From IMG/VR virus record IMGVR_UViG_3300029288_007060, positions 64,001 through 128,000 of that record: 64,000 nt of DNA. One strand, written 5' to 3'. The DNA comes from a virus (lineage: Duplodnaviria; Caudoviricetes). Below are positions 40,651 through 52,600 of this stretch, piece by piece. Made by a program: the position numbers and the translations under genes. Below the pieces are notes generated by a model that was given only the letters and a program-made list of their open reading frames with translations, was not told the DNA's origin and ran no database searches. Position 1 is the stretch's first letter, and each line of letters opens with the position of its first letter.

Positions 40651-43206
40651 TTATAGAATTCCTACGCTAATATCAACATAAATCCAATCAAGGGGCAAAA
40701 TGGGCTCTACTTCAACTGATACATTGATCTGACGTGGATCCACCTCATCTCTCACCACATTTATGTTTCTGTAAGCGGCCAAATAACCCTTGGCTGTTAA
40801 TGATTGTAACACTTTGACAACCACTGATGTGATAGAGGCAGTCAATGTGGGGTCTTGTGGCTGTCCAATAAACCCACTCAACGCATCGCGCAAAGACTGA
40901 GCGGTGTTATCTCTAATAAACACAACTGAGGGCTCTTCTTCTAAAGGATCACCGCTTGATGTGGTGGTCTTGCAATGCAATATTTGTCCGCCACCAGTAA
41001 CCGGTTGTACGACAGAAATGCCACGATCACCCAGTTCATTCAAAGTGAATGGTCGACGAACCTTGCTTCTTAAAATACTAAACCCTGTCAAAACTTTGTG
41101 TGTCAGTGGTATAGAAACGTTTGCGGTTGCAGCCAACAGTCCGCCAGCCGCAGCAGCCATATAAAATCCATCAATAGTGGTATTTGTTCCGTTAATAACC
41201 CTAACTATTTCGTCAGGCCAGAAATAAATGGCTCGGAAAGTATCCCCAAAATTAACTCGCACATCGTAATTAGCCAAATCTTCGATATTTCCGGCTAATA
41301 CTTCCTCAACATCATCTCCCTGAACACCTTCTAATATTCCGATGTCTTCAACAGCCACCAGCTCTCTTCCAACTAATGCTTCAGTAGTTATCCCACTAAT
41401 AGCGCCAATAAGAGCAACGCGCTCATGTTGGTTAGCAGTGTTACTCATAAGCTCACAATGGGCAATAGCAGCGCGTTGGATAATACTTATGGTATCTGTG
41501 GGTAGAGGCACAACTATTTGACAGCTAACGGCTTCCAAAGCCTCAAAAGCAGTAGCCCAACTGGTATCATAAAAATCTGCGTCATCGGCATCAATAAAGG
41601 TTGCGCGTAAGCCGTCGCCTCTAGCAATAGTTCCACTTGTATATAAGTCACTAGTAAGAAGCAAATAGGCTGATGTGTCAGCAGAATCAACTAACTCCCA
41701 ACGCAAATCTGTATGAGAGGATGCCCAATTGGCACCGGATAATGTCACAACAGTGTCATCACCGAAACCGTCTCCAACGGCAGATATATCGTATGTGCCT
41801 GCAACATCGCTAGCATCAACTCCGTATAAATCTGTAGGCAAGATTCTTATTTGCTTGCTTGTGTCTACTTCTCCCAAGTCTAGATTGTTGGCACTAAACG
41901 ATGCGGAGTCTGCGGTAAAAGTACTGCCGCCTATAGTAACTTCTCCATCAGTACCCTCGTCCTCAACCTGACTCTTTTCAACAACCGTGTAACTGAACGT
42001 ATACCCGGCATTGTTTATAAAGTCATTATATATGTCTGCGGTAATAACAGCATTGTAAAAATCAACCTTTGTGGGAGAAATTTGTGTTTCTTCTCCAGTT
42101 GTTTTGTCTATTACAAAAATATGAACATCTGTGTCTGCATCTGGTGTTCCGCTTGCAATAGGGTATTGGAACGCATCAACGTCAGCTGACGTAACTGGGT
42201 TTCCAACAGGTGGAAATCCTTCAGTACTTGCGGTCAAAGGATCATTGGCAGTAAGTAATACTGTGCTTGTTCGTCTGGCAATAGACGGTTTTGTTTGTAC
42301 CGCCATCACACCAAAAGCACCATTCTCAAAAGCCATAGATGCCCCTAGGGACAAGGTGTTAGATTCTGACGGAAATCCATGCTTCTGATACAGAGCGTTA
42401 GAATCAACAAAGAATTCTGGATCATTAAGGTCAGCGCTAGCGATATAGTTGGCCTCGAGCGTTTGCCCAACAGTCAACACTTTGCTCGCAACCTTTACAG
42501 TAAATCTATCGCCCCTGTCGAAAGGAGTAGCGCCCTCTGTTATTGCGATTTGTAGAATTCCATTATCTCTAGTGATACCATCACTAATAAATACTATTGG
42601 AGAGCCGTATGCATCGAGGATTTGTCCAGAAACAGACCCTATTGCAGAAAACGTAGTTTCTTCAGAGATTGGGTCACCGTAAGCGTCTCTAATTACGCTT
42701 GTTGCTTTTATAGTCCAAGTCTCGGTTGGTGCGTCTATATCTAAAAGACTCACTGTAGATATCGACCCGTTGCCCACATTAGATGTTCCGGGAGGAGCAT
42801 ATAAGCCGCCCTGGTCAACCAAATGTGCTCTCTGAAGTTCAATGCGGCCTGTTGCAGGCTCCAATCTATAATCGTATTGGCTGTCAAAAGCACTGGTAGT
42901 AATTGCTTCCTCGACTCCGGTGAGAGGGATGCCGTCTAACGTTAAAGCTGTTCGTTTTGCAACCAAGGGGAATTTAGACAGAATAAAATGTCTGCCGTCA
43001 GGTGCATCTGAGCCACTAAAATCGGGATTTACTCCGTCAAGCCCACCGCCTTCGGCGTCTAAAACTACAGTCTCTTCTGCTTGCCCTAGACCCATAATAG
43101 CCAAAACTCTAAGGCCACCAGGAATACTGATGGACCTTCGAATAGATCTAACCCGACTGTAAACGCCAGGTTGAACGTAGTTTGGAACTCCTGCTATATT
43201 CGGCAT
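40651..43206 (-). CDS. Contractile tail sheath protein with inserted domains
   Basis: YVQPGVYSRV N-terminus; HCELMS...ERVALIG; C-terminal VEPILPLDWIYVDI. Confidence 0.92.
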   Translation of the reverse strand: MPNIAGVPNYVQPGVYSRVRSIRRSISIPGGLRVLAIMGLGQAEETVVLDAEGGGLDGVNPDFSGSDAPDGRHFILSKFPLVAKRTALTLDGIPLTGVEEAITTSAFDSQYDYRLEPATGRIELQRAHLVDQGGLYAPPGTSNVGNGSISTVSLLDIDAPTETWTIKATSVIRDAYGDPISEETTFSAIGSVSGQILDAYGSPIVFISDGITRDNGILQIAITEGATPFDRGDRFTVKVASKVLTVGQTLEANYIASADLNDPEFFVDSNALYQKHGFPSESNTLSLGASMAFENGAFGVMAVQTKPSIARRTSTVLLTANDPLTASTEGFPPVGNPVTSADVDAFQYPIASGTPDADTDVHIFVIDKTTGEETQISPTKVDFYNAVITADIYNDFINNAGYTFSYTVVEKSQVEDEGTDGEVTIGGSTFTADSASFSANNLDLGEVDTSKQIRILPTDLYGVDASDVAGTYDISAVGDGFGDDTVVTLSGANWASSHTDLRWELVDSADTSAYLLLTSDLYTSGTIARGDGLRATFIDADDADFYDTSWATAFEALEAVSCQIVVPLPTDTISIIQRAAIAHCELMSNTANQHERVALIGAISGITTEALVGRELVAVEDIGILEGVQGDDVEEVLAGNIEDLANYDVRVNFGDTFRAIYFWPDEIVRVINGTNTTIDGFYMAAAAGGLLAATANVSIPLTHKVLTGFSILRSKVRRPFTLNELGDRGISVVQPVTGGGQILHCKTTTSSGDPLEEEPSVVFIRDNTAQSLRDALSGFIGQPQDPTLTASITSVVVKVLQSLTAKGYLAAYRNINVVRDEVDPRQINVSVEVEPILPLDWIYVDISVGIL

Positions 43207-43328
43207 TGTTTATTCTCCTATTAAATAATCTCGTTCTTAAAAAGTCTTTATTTTTCAATATATTACATTATATAACGTATATAATAAAATGAATATTAAA
43301 ACACACACATGTGTCCTATCTATAAAAT

Positions 43329-43346
43329 AAAATATTGATAGATTTT
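43329..43346 (-). promoter_or_regulatory. Conserved 18-bp intergenic motif, copy 2, upstream of the sheath gene
   Basis: Exact match to 832-849 and 59290-59307. Confidence 0.6.
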
Positions 43347-43355
43347 ATCTCCCAA

Positions 43356-44132
43356 TTATATTAAATCTTCGTGCGTTAATTGCATGTTAACTGCCAACGC
43401 ATCGGATGCCTCTCCATCTAATGTTTTGAATGTCAAACAGAGCCCAATTCTCTCACACACATCACTTATAGGAACGTGAATTCTCCATTCTGTTCTTATC
43501 TCTAAATTGACAGACGTCATGTATAGATAATCGTTAGCGTACGGAACCTCTGTCTCGCCCGAAGTAGCCAACGTTTTCACAAAAACACCAGCATTCTGTA
43601 AATCTTGTCGTCTGGAACCCATTAATACAATTTGAACGATATCAGCAATTTCTTCTCTATCAATTTCTGATTCGGCAATAACTTTAACTTCTATGGTTTG
43701 ATCAAAAGCCCCGACCCTAGTAAAATAAGCCGGAGTGTATATTTGCGTTTGATTGCCATACGCGTCGGTTAAAATCTCTTTTCTGTTTATGGTTCCAAGA
43801 TAATCCTGATTAAATGATATCGGAGAATATCTCGACCCAGTGTTTCTTACTATTATAGACGGATTGAATTTGACATCATAACGATACGAACTGCCTATAA
43901 AAATTCTAGTTGTCTCTTCATCATCCAGGCCAGCTGAAGGGTCGGTGCCCAACAAAGAAGGCGTTTTAGGGAAGCCAAAAACGTCTTGTACGTATTTGAA
44001 CTGCCTGTCTATTGAAAAAACATCCCTAAGAGTATCTATAATGACATTTTTGGTATATACTATTCCGGCAGACTCTATTATGTTCTCGAGGTTAAAGATG
44101 TCGCTTATGGCATTATAAGTTGTAAAACCCAT
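43356..44132 (-). CDS. Putative tail completion/terminator protein
   Basis: Position just upstream of the sheath; PSIIVRN...EVKVIAES..DREEIAD..VNLEIRTEW alpha/beta pattern. Confidence 0.55.
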   Translation of the reverse strand: MGFTTYNAISDIFNLENIIESAGIVYTKNVIIDTLRDVFSIDRQFKYVQDVFGFPKTPSLLGTDPSAGLDDEETTRIFIGSSYRYDVKFNPSIIVRNTGSRYSPISFNQDYLGTINRKEILTDAYGNQTQIYTPAYFTRVGAFDQTIEVKVIAESEIDREEIADIVQIVLMGSRRQDLQNAGVFVKTLATSGETEVPYANDYLYMTSVNLEIRTEWRIHVPISDVCERIGLCLTFKTLDGEASDALAVNMQLTHEDLI

Positions 44133-44707
44133 TATACAATCTCCAATTCCGTCTTACCCGCAGGCAATTTTTCTGGAACTACAAAATTTCTATTTTGAGG
44201 AACCAATTTTTTCCCATTCAAAACACCCTCAAACAGAGCGACATAATTACCTGGGGCTAAATGTGACACCCAATGCCCACTTCTGTTTGTTTTCGTTTCT
44301 TTAATTAAAATATCTTTATCATTAAATATCTTAACTGTGACGCCAGATAAGTTAGTTAATTTGCCATCCAGATTAGCCACCATTTTTCCAGTCACAACTA
44401 TAAAATTAGAAGCATTTCTGTTTTTCTGTATAAGTGGCGCCTCTTGTTTCATTTTAGAGGCATCACTTGATTGAAAACTAAAATTCTTAAACCCTTTGTG
44501 CTCTTCTGTTTCTGGTTTTTTCGCAATACCGGGCGACGGTTTGGGCTCAGGACGAATATCTGATTTTTGTATAACCACACCAGACGACCTTGAATTATTG
44601 ATAATAACTTTTATATTTTTATCAATTAGGTCTATTTTCTTTTCTAGCATATCTAGTCTATTTAATATTTCTTGTAAAATCTCTAAGCCTGTTTTTTCTT
44701 CTGTCAT
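44132..44707 (-). CDS. Hypothetical protein: N-terminal coiled coil plus prealbumin-like beta-sandwich
   Basis: LSGVTVKIF...TKTNRSGHW...LAPGNY. Likely start MTEEK at 44707 (GAGG RBS); ORF track gives 44746. Confidence 0.6.
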   Translation of the reverse strand: MTEEKTGLEILQEILNRLDMLEKKIDLIDKNIKVIINNSRSSGVVIQKSDIRPEPKPSPGIAKKPETEEHKGFKNFSFQSSDASKMKQEAPLIQKNRNASNFIVVTGKMVANLDGKLTNLSGVTVKIFNDKDILIKETKTNRSGHWVSHLAPGNYVALFEGVLNGKKLVPQNRNFVVPEKLPAGKTELEIV

Positions 44708-44717
44708 GATAAACCTC

Positions 44718-47700
44718 TTAATAAGTAAACACCACTGTCGCTCCATAAACTGTGGCGCTGTAATTTATTACTGAATTAGCACGTATCTTTAAAAAGTAAT
44801 TATATTTAGAGTAATCTATTATTTCTCCGCCTGCTGTTGTGACCGTAACCAATCCAACGCTTCCAGAGTTTCCAAAAATTGCTCCGGCACCAGACATATC
44901 TAACATGTCACTAATAGCTGTAGTACCCATAGTTGTTAAAACATCTTGTTTATATAATTGTGCGGTAAATGCTGATGCCCCAGCACCAACATCAATGTAT
45001 CCTTGTACCTTAGCATAATTTAGTTTTGCTCCATTCGGTATATTATCAATAGGAAAATATAAAGTTCTTACATAAGTACCAACAGAGCTATTTAAATTTT
45101 CATCCCACTGGCCAGCAGTTGAAGTAAGTTTCCATTGTGGCAGCCCATCTTCATCAAAGCTTGTCTGGGCCGCGGAAGCTGGAACGCTTAATGTGTCCTG
45201 GAACCCTTTGTTTATTCCAAGTATGTTAACATCATAGTCTCCAGAAACAGAGTAGGTAAAAGACCCACCAAAAAAATTAGAGGTAACAATCGATTCTGTT
45301 ACGCCATCTAATGAAATACATTCAGTAACAAAATTTATAGAATTGTAAATTCTATTTGATACAACAATGTGGTCGCTACCATACAAACTAATAGCCTTCG
45401 ATATTTCACTTCCCGAAATAGTATTTCCGGAAATTTTAACTCTTCCACTGCCAGAGCTAACATTTGTGATTCCTATACACCCAGAACTAACCATTCCGGT
45501 TATAATATTATTGCTTATATCCAAATCACTAGCATAGGCATAAATTGCCTGTGTTGAAAAAGCATAGTCTGTTACAGATAGGTCACCGGGCTGACTTATG
45601 TTGTTACCAGATATTTTAGAATTAGAGCCATTCCATCTTATTCCTGTCACTCCAGGCCCAACTAAAATATTATCGGTTATACTAGAATACAACACTGCTC
45701 CATATATGTAAGCAGAAGAGGCCATGATGCCAAGATTAATCAAACTATTATTTGATATTTTAACCCTGCTAGTTGTATCCGTCTGAGCATCAATTAAAAT
45801 ACCTCTATACAAATCACAGTCTTTGATAGTGTTGTAGGAAATATCAGCAAACTTTAGCCCATCCAAAATACGAATGGCTATATCATTATTGTTTCCAGTA
45901 CCCATGTTCATAATAGTATTTCTGTGTATATGAACATGATAGGTGTTTGCAACATAGATGCCGTATATTTCATTATCGTCTAATTTAATTCCGTCGATTA
46001 AATTATCATTTATAAATAGCTGGTCTACAATTCCTGTCACCGAATTATCTAACAAATCTATTCTGATACCATTTGTTATAGTATTTTGAGCAGCATGCAC
46101 AATATTATTATCACATATTCTTAATGTGCTTATATTATTTTCTATTTCTACCATTACTGCTCGCAAATCTGTCGCAGATACTATACTGGGAATATCAATA
46201 TTGTTTTTTAAAATAGAGATATTTTTAACGGTCCTGTCTGCACTACTCACTTTTATTGCATATGAAAGTCCTCCAGTGCCTGACACATTCGTTATATTAT
46301 TATCCTCAATCAATAGGTTTTCTACCCCGGCATTAGACACAATTCCAGAATACACTGTGTCAATATAGTTGTTCACTATCTTAATATTTTCTGTCGCCAA
46401 AGTAGAGATTTCAATAGCAATATCATTTTCATATGTGGTTACGCTTTCTCCGAATTTAAAATAGCATTTCTCAATTGTAACATTAGACCCCGTTATATAA
46501 ACCAAAGAGGAGTCTAGGCTGGCGATATCGCTATTTATCTCGATATTCTCTAATCTATTATTTCCCTCCAAAGTTATGAAATGGCTTCCTTGTATTGATG
46601 CATTGCTTATTTTTTGTTTTCCTGCACCATAAGGACCCGCCCCAAGTATAGAGACTCCGTTTGGAACAACGATTGGTTTCGCTGGTATAATGTCATTGAT
46701 TATTTTGATAATTATTTTTTCGTCATTAGGGTATTTCTCAGCATATGCCAACGCACCCTCTAGTGTTTTAAAATTACCAGACAAATTGTTTGCACTACCA
46801 TCAACGACTAATTCGATTTTATTATCAATATTGTTTATGAACTTTCTGATGTCTGTTATATCTGTGGTTGTATTATTTATTCCCCCATCGGTAAGATAAA
46901 CGTAATATAACGGAAGTACTCTTCCATATATTGAGTCATACCCATCTACTAATAATGTTCCCAAATCATCGTCAAATGTTTGCAACGTTCCGAGCCCATT
47001 AACACCTATAATTTTATTGCCAGTTATCAGTTGGCCAGAGTCGGATGATGGGATTACCACCCTTTGTGTTTCTATCGCTATTCTGACACCATCAATATAG
47101 GCGACCCCGCCAGTAAGTGGAACAGCCACCATATTGGTCATAGAGTCAGAGAATTGTTCAGACGTGATGATATCAAACCCTCTTATAACGCCATCGGCGC
47201 GGAGTTCGGATATAGGACGCTGAGTCATGGCCGAAACCACATCATCTCTAACATCCAGCATTCCCAAATTTCCAAATAATCTATTATCAAATATGTTGGT
47301 GGCCTTTAGCTCTCCATCAAAATGTACAGTTCCTAATAATAGAGCTTCGTCTTCCGGTATGTATGGAAACACACTTAGGTCCTCAATGCCACCCAATATA
47401 GTTCCCGGCAAAATATTTAATAATAAATAATCTATGTTATTAGGATGATAAAGTTTAAAAGACCCAACAAAGGTATTACTAATCGATGATACGGATCCTG
47501 TCAGAGAACTATTTATAAGATAAAAATTGACAGTATCTGCAACGCCAGTATCCACAAAGACATTGAACTCTCCGTTCGGAAAACCAGAAGACAAACCAAT
47601 TATTTCGATAGAGGAGCCTAAAGTAGAACCGTATATCAAACGCTGATGCAATAATGCATTTTGATTAGAATCAACATATATTTCAACTAGCCCTTTGTCA

Positions 47701-49601
47701 GTTTCGCTATTGTTCAACAAATTCAAAGACAAATCCGCAGAAGTGAATCTAACATAAAATCTCGTCGGATTTGTGACAACAGGGATTTCTTCCGAAGCAA
47801 ATACGGACACAGTGCTTGTTGTAGATGTCATAACAGTATAGCTACCATTAACGGTGCCTGTTGGGTGTCCCATCACATGCATTACAGAACCGGATACTAT
47901 ATTGTAATCTAATGGATTTATAATTTGGCCGGAGGCAGAATATAATGTAAATGTACTACTATCTGATGTGATATCAATATATGCTTCTAGTGTTATAGTT
48001 AATCCACCTAAAGACTTTCCGCTCACAGAATAATTTAATCCTTCATTTCCATATATAACTTTGCCAACAACGTCTGCGCCATAGGCGTCTAAACCTAGCG
48101 CATAATTTCCATTGTATCCATCTTCAATTGTGATGGTATATCCATCGCCAACCCAATTATGGGCTATGGCCAACTCATCTCCTATTCTGTAGGCCGTAAT
48201 GGGAAAATGAAGCTGCCCAACAGGATCAGACACATAAGCGTTTATTCTGTCTGCAACAGATTTTGCGTTTACAGGAGAGGCAGCAGATAAGGATAATCTG
48301 TCTAAACTCAAATCGGGTATTGTGACACTTCTGTAGTTACCGGCGCCTATTCCGACCGTAACACATACCTCATACCCATCAAGAGCTAAAATAGGGGCAT
48401 TAAAACCAATACTTTTAACTCTGGCTGTCTGTGGATTTAAAACCGATACGCTATCCACTATTGTTTCATTATTTCTTATTGCGCAGGCCAGAGGACAAGA
48501 CTCATTAGATATAAAAATTGGCTTATATATTTCCGCAATTATATTGTCCCCAGCAACAACTGTTTCCGAAAATGTATGAAATATTGCTAATTGATTTGAT
48601 AATAATATTGGAAAATTGCCAAGACTCTCAGAATCACTCAAGGGGCCAATTGCCCGAATTTGATATGTGCCTGCATCATCAGCATTACCCTGGATATATA
48701 TTATATCTCCGACTTCTATATTATAATTTGAAAAATTACTCAATGCTGTAAAAGTAACTATGCCGGTGTCTTCGGCATAAGTGATTGCAGAAGAAGACAA
48801 GACTTTTTGTTTCTCATTAAATAAATCTCCAGACGCAATCGTTTTAAAAACACCATTAGAGTGAAAGTCAATGGTATGGGTAATTCCTAAGGCCCCAGCA
48901 CTAGAATCTATATCTTCTAGTGCAGACTGAACGTCTGTCGACGTTTTGTCTATAATTGATGTGAAAGAGGATGTATCAACTTCGATATTTGATGCCTCAT
49001 GTCTAAAGGGAAAATCTAAACCAGACTCAATATGCGGGGTTATTGTATTATCTCCGCCAAACAGATAAGATGCTATTTCATTGATAGCGTCTCCAATAGT
49101 GGCGGTACTGGGCGACAAACCACCTATCACACCAATATTATTGACGTCTATTTTAATCTGATACCCGTCATGAAAGTTTGAGACGCCAAGGGTATGTTCA
49201 TTTAGGGTGTTTGATAGAGACGTATAACCAGTTTGCAATCCTAAAATATCCGTCTTAGAGGAGTCTATCCAAGTCTTTAATGTCACCGTGTCATAATCTA
49301 AACTTAATTTAGATTCTTTAATTCCTGCATTAGCCCCGACATGTCTGTCTAAAACTGGCAATCCTACCAAACCAATGCCATCCAACGCCGCACTTTTAAT
49401 TGCTCCATTTTCATCTATAGATACATTAATACGATCCGCAAGACTATCTTCGTTTCCTTGTAAATTAATGCCAAGCGTATCCTCAATTGCCAAAACAGCA
49501 TCACGAATACTGTTAATACTGTCTGCCGTTATCTCTGTAACATTATCGTCGGCCAATGGCAACTCGAGGTCGCTGTCTATTTGATTTGGAAATAAAGTCA
49601 T
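44718..49601 (-). CDS. Large tail fibre/appendage protein with C-terminal parallel beta-helix
   Basis: Shared N-terminal anchor FPNQIDSDLELP..INSIRDAVLAIE; many IxxNxI beta-helix repeats. Start at 49601 has a GGAG RBS (ORF track gives 49646). Confidence 0.75.
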   Translation of the reverse strand: MTLFPNQIDSDLELPLADDNVTEITADSINSIRDAVLAIEDTLGINLQGNEDSLADRINVSIDENGAIKSAALDGIGLVGLPVLDRHVGANAGIKESKLSLDYDTVTLKTWIDSSKTDILGLQTGYTSLSNTLNEHTLGVSNFHDGYQIKIDVNNIGVIGGLSPSTATIGDAINEIASYLFGGDNTITPHIESGLDFPFRHEASNIEVDTSSFTSIIDKTSTDVQSALEDIDSSAGALGITHTIDFHSNGVFKTIASGDLFNEKQKVLSSSAITYAEDTGIVTFTALSNFSNYNIEVGDIIYIQGNADDAGTYQIRAIGPLSDSESLGNFPILLSNQLAIFHTFSETVVAGDNIIAEIYKPIFISNESCPLACAIRNNETIVDSVSVLNPQTARVKSIGFNAPILALDGYEVCVTVGIGAGNYRSVTIPDLSLDRLSLSAASPVNAKSVADRINAYVSDPVGQLHFPITAYRIGDELAIAHNWVGDGYTITIEDGYNGNYALGLDAYGADVVGKVIYGNEGLNYSVSGKSLGGLTITLEAYIDITSDSSTFTLYSASGQIINPLDYNIVSGSVMHVMGHPTGTVNGSYTVMTSTTSTVSVFASEEIPVVTNPTRFYVRFTSADLSLNLLNNSETDKGLVEIYVDSNQNALLHQRLIYGSTLGSSIEIIGLSSGFPNGEFNVFVDTGVADTVNFYLINSSLTGSVSSISNTFVGSFKLYHPNNIDYLLLNILPGTILGGIEDLSVFPYIPEDEALLLGTVHFDGELKATNIFDNRLFGNLGMLDVRDDVVSAMTQRPISELRADGVIRGFDIITSEQFSDSMTNMVAVPLTGGVAYIDGVRIAIETQRVVIPSSDSGQLITGNKIIGVNGLGTLQTFDDDLGTLLVDGYDSIYGRVLPLYYVYLTDGGINNTTTDITDIRKFINNIDNKIELVVDGSANNLSGNFKTLEGALAYAEKYPNDEKIIIKIINDIIPAKPIVVPNGVSILGAGPYGAGKQKISNASIQGSHFITLEGNNRLENIEINSDIASLDSSLVYITGSNVTIEKCYFKFGESVTTYENDIAIEISTLATENIKIVNNYIDTVYSGIVSNAGVENLLIEDNNITNVSGTGGLSYAIKVSSADRTVKNISILKNNIDIPSIVSATDLRAVMVEIENNISTLRICDNNIVHAAQNTITNGIRIDLLDNSVTGIVDQLFINDNLIDGIKLDDNEIYGIYVANTYHVHIHRNTIMNMGTGNNNDIAIRILDGLKFADISYNTIKDCDLYRGILIDAQTDTTSRVKISNNSLINLGIMASSAYIYGAVLYSSITDNILVGPGVTGIRWNGSNSKISGNNISQPGDLSVTDYAFSTQAIYAYASDLDISNNIITGMVSSGCIGITNVSSGSGRVKISGNTISGSEISKAISLYGSDHIVVSNRIYNSINFVTECISLDGVTESIVTSNFFGGSFTYSVSGDYDVNILGINKGFQDTLSVPASAAQTSFDEDGLPQWKLTSTAGQWDENLNSSVGTYVRTLYFPIDNIPNGAKLNYAKVQGYIDVGAGASAFTAQLYKQDVLTTMGTTAISDMLDMSGAGAIFGNSGSVGLVTVTTAGGEIIDYSKYNYFLKIRANSVINYSATVYGATVVFTY

Positions 49602-49620
49602 TTCTGTCTCCGTAAAAGTT

Positions 49621-52600
49621 TTATAGTACGTCGCCCAAGAGAGCAAATTGTGATGTATCTGAAGAAATCTGATTTATATGTCCAGCTATTGAATAGCTGC
49701 TTGTAACAACCCTCACATTATTGAAAGCAATAACTGGCTCAGGATCATCTCCTGTGCCACCATCAATAAGAGTAGAGTTAACAATCTTTATTCTAGGAAC
49801 CAACTTAAACATTATGTCGTTGTCAATATCCAATAGGGATAATGGTATCGACACTACATATTTTTCAACTACTGAGTCAGACGGCAAAACCCCTAATGTT
49901 AATGTTTTAACTATACAATACTCATCATATGTACTCACGGAATCTATTCCAATCTTGGCCGCTATTCCAACCTCTATATATGCAGTTCCGCTTGCGCCAA
50001 AGGGGCCACCTAGCCCACCAGTATATTCTGTCTCAACAAAAATATTTGCGTAAGTTAATCCTGGCGCAAAGAATATCGGGTATGCAATTAGAGAAGCTGA
50101 GTTGAATTCAAATACTCTTGTGGTAGAATTATTTCCTGCCATAAAACCAACGACACCGTAAGTTACAGCATCAAAGCCATTGTGAGCGCCGGGGTCTAGT
50201 TCGGCAATATATCCATCGGCACTAGCAATAGTTATTCCCCACATACTTCCGGACACTGTGTTTTGCACTTGTTCTATTTTATTATTCAAGTCCGTTTCTA
50301 TATCTAATAATTGCTTATCTATTTTGGAAACTATCAACCTCTTATCTACAAGATATCCATCTACCTCTACTCCGTCTGTTTCGAACTGCAATATAGGGAC
50401 AACATTTATATTATCTCCATAATTATTTCCGCTTGTTAAATCATCGAAAGTATAACCTGCATCGAACTCATTTTTTACAATAAAATGTCCTGCACTATCT
50501 ACCATAAGAATATTGTTAGCGAATGTAAAGTCATCTATCACCACATCAGTGGTGGGAACAGACAATATATTTCCAGAAACTAAAACTCTTCCGCCTCGTA
50601 TTTTTATAGTACTGGTCGTATTTGAAATCACATCCAAGCCTTCCAAGACGCCGTTGTTTCTTAAAGAATCAAGGGCGTTAGTTAGAGGCACAGTATTTAA
50701 AATATCTTGCGACAAATTTTCTATTGAATTGCCAATTTTGCGTTTGTCTGTTACATATTTTAAGGTATCAAAACCCAGATTGCCACAAAAATGCACTGAT
50801 GATAAATACAATAGATCACTGGATTCTGCGCATGCATATACAGTCATATCCTCTCGACTATGTGATGGAGAGCCGTATGTCTCAAAAATAGCAGAACTAA
50901 TATTGTCCGGCGCGAACACTTTAAGATTTCCAGAAAACCCGGCCGGAATTTGAACGGGCAACCCAGCCACATTGTCTTCATAGAGAATAATATAATCATC
51001 ACTAGTGACTTCCCATTCTATATTGTTTATCGGGAACTCTTTATTAATTGTTCGCAAAACCACATTAGATATAGAATCATATTGTACGCGTGTTTGTTTT
51101 GATATAATTCCGTATCCATCGGCATCTCTTTCTAGAAAAATATCATATATGTTTCCTTTTGTATTATTTATAAAACTCAATGAGTCTGCAGCTATCTCCA
51201 AATCAAAATCTCCCAGAGCGATATTTGTGTTTAACAAAAATGTAGAGACAGAGGGAAATGAAGCAATATAGTATGTTCCATTAGCTGACGATGCACTTGA
51301 GTGATTTGTAATATTACAAAGAATTCTTCCGTTATTGGTTATGTCTAACCCAAGAGACGATAAATCTCCCAACGCCGGGTCAATCTTATTAGGATTAACA
51401 GAGTCCGCATGGGTATATTGTATTTTTAATAATGACTTAAGCCCAACAATACGATTTCCATTAATATATGCCGCATGCTTCTCTTCTGGCCAATAAAATG
51501 TGGTTGTTATCACATCTTCGAAACCTAATGCTGTTGCGGCCGAAAGCGAAACTGTATCCAGTATGGCTATAGTAAAATTATACCCAGGTATGTTATGGGC
51601 GATAGTTAGTCTTCCGCCCGTATTATATGCGCTAATTGGATAATGGTTTGTGGCAGACTGAGCAACTGTATTTATCTTTGCTACAATTATATCTATATCT
51701 TGGGTCGGAATAACAGAACTAATATCTATATCCAAATATGTTCTGTCCACGCCACCAGCCTGAATTCTTAATGTGGTAGCGACCCCTATCTTTAACGCCC
51801 TAAAGTCTATGCCCTTGCTAGTAACCCTTGCAACATTTGGGCGCATGACCTGAAGAATATTCGTAGCAACAGTTTTGTCTGTTTGAAAGATGGTGCTGGC
51901 CAAAGTTGTCACCACCAAATCACCCTGATCGCCACTTTCTGCAAAAATATTATTTTGAATAGCATTTGTGTGATGATTTGTTTGATGAGCCTCTATTTTT
52001 CCAGTGTAAACTAAATCTAATTCCTCTAAAGCATCCTGGACGTTAGTGGATGATATGTTTTCAAAAACATTATCTACTGATACCGTACTTGCTGTATGCG
52101 ACACGATATTCAAATCAGTTTCATGGTCAGTTAAAGCATTGTTGATATTATGCAAAACTTCTTCTACTGTGCTTACTCCCCTGATTGTTTCGGTTGTGTC
52201 TATATCATAACCGTCGTGTTTATCTGATGTGCCAGCATAATGATTGATCATTCTAACAGAAAATGTGGATAAGCTAGCATTTGTTGCATCTATATTTGTT
52301 TGTTTGTCGTCTATTAAAGCCTTAAGAGTGGTGGTAGAATAATCTAGGTCGATTTTGCTTTCAGATATATTTGCATTAGTGGCTATCTGCGAATTTGATA
52401 TTGGCAATGTTACCAACCCAAGCGTCGAAAGCGCCGAAGACTTCAAATGACCGTCTTCATCAATTACTAAATTAATTCTTGTGACTAAGTCTTGCATATT
52501 TCCAGCTGGACTTGTTCCTATGGCCTTTTCAATTGCCATAACAGCGTCTCGAACCGAGTTTATTGTATCGGCAGTGAGTTCAGTAACTCCATTTTCTGAT

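Noticed and set aside
43261-43320. ATTATATA/TATATAAT palindrome and ACACAC run upstream of the sheath gene
   Set aside because: Low-complexity AT-rich sequence that could easily arise by chance.
12905-44132. Bacterial extracellular contractile injection system or tailocin
   Set aside because: The neck protein, frameshifted chaperone, homing endonuclease, tdk, PTH2-like gene and multiple fibres fit a phage better, and no Afp15-like ATPase is seen. Capsid and terminase are not in the window, so this is not fully excluded.
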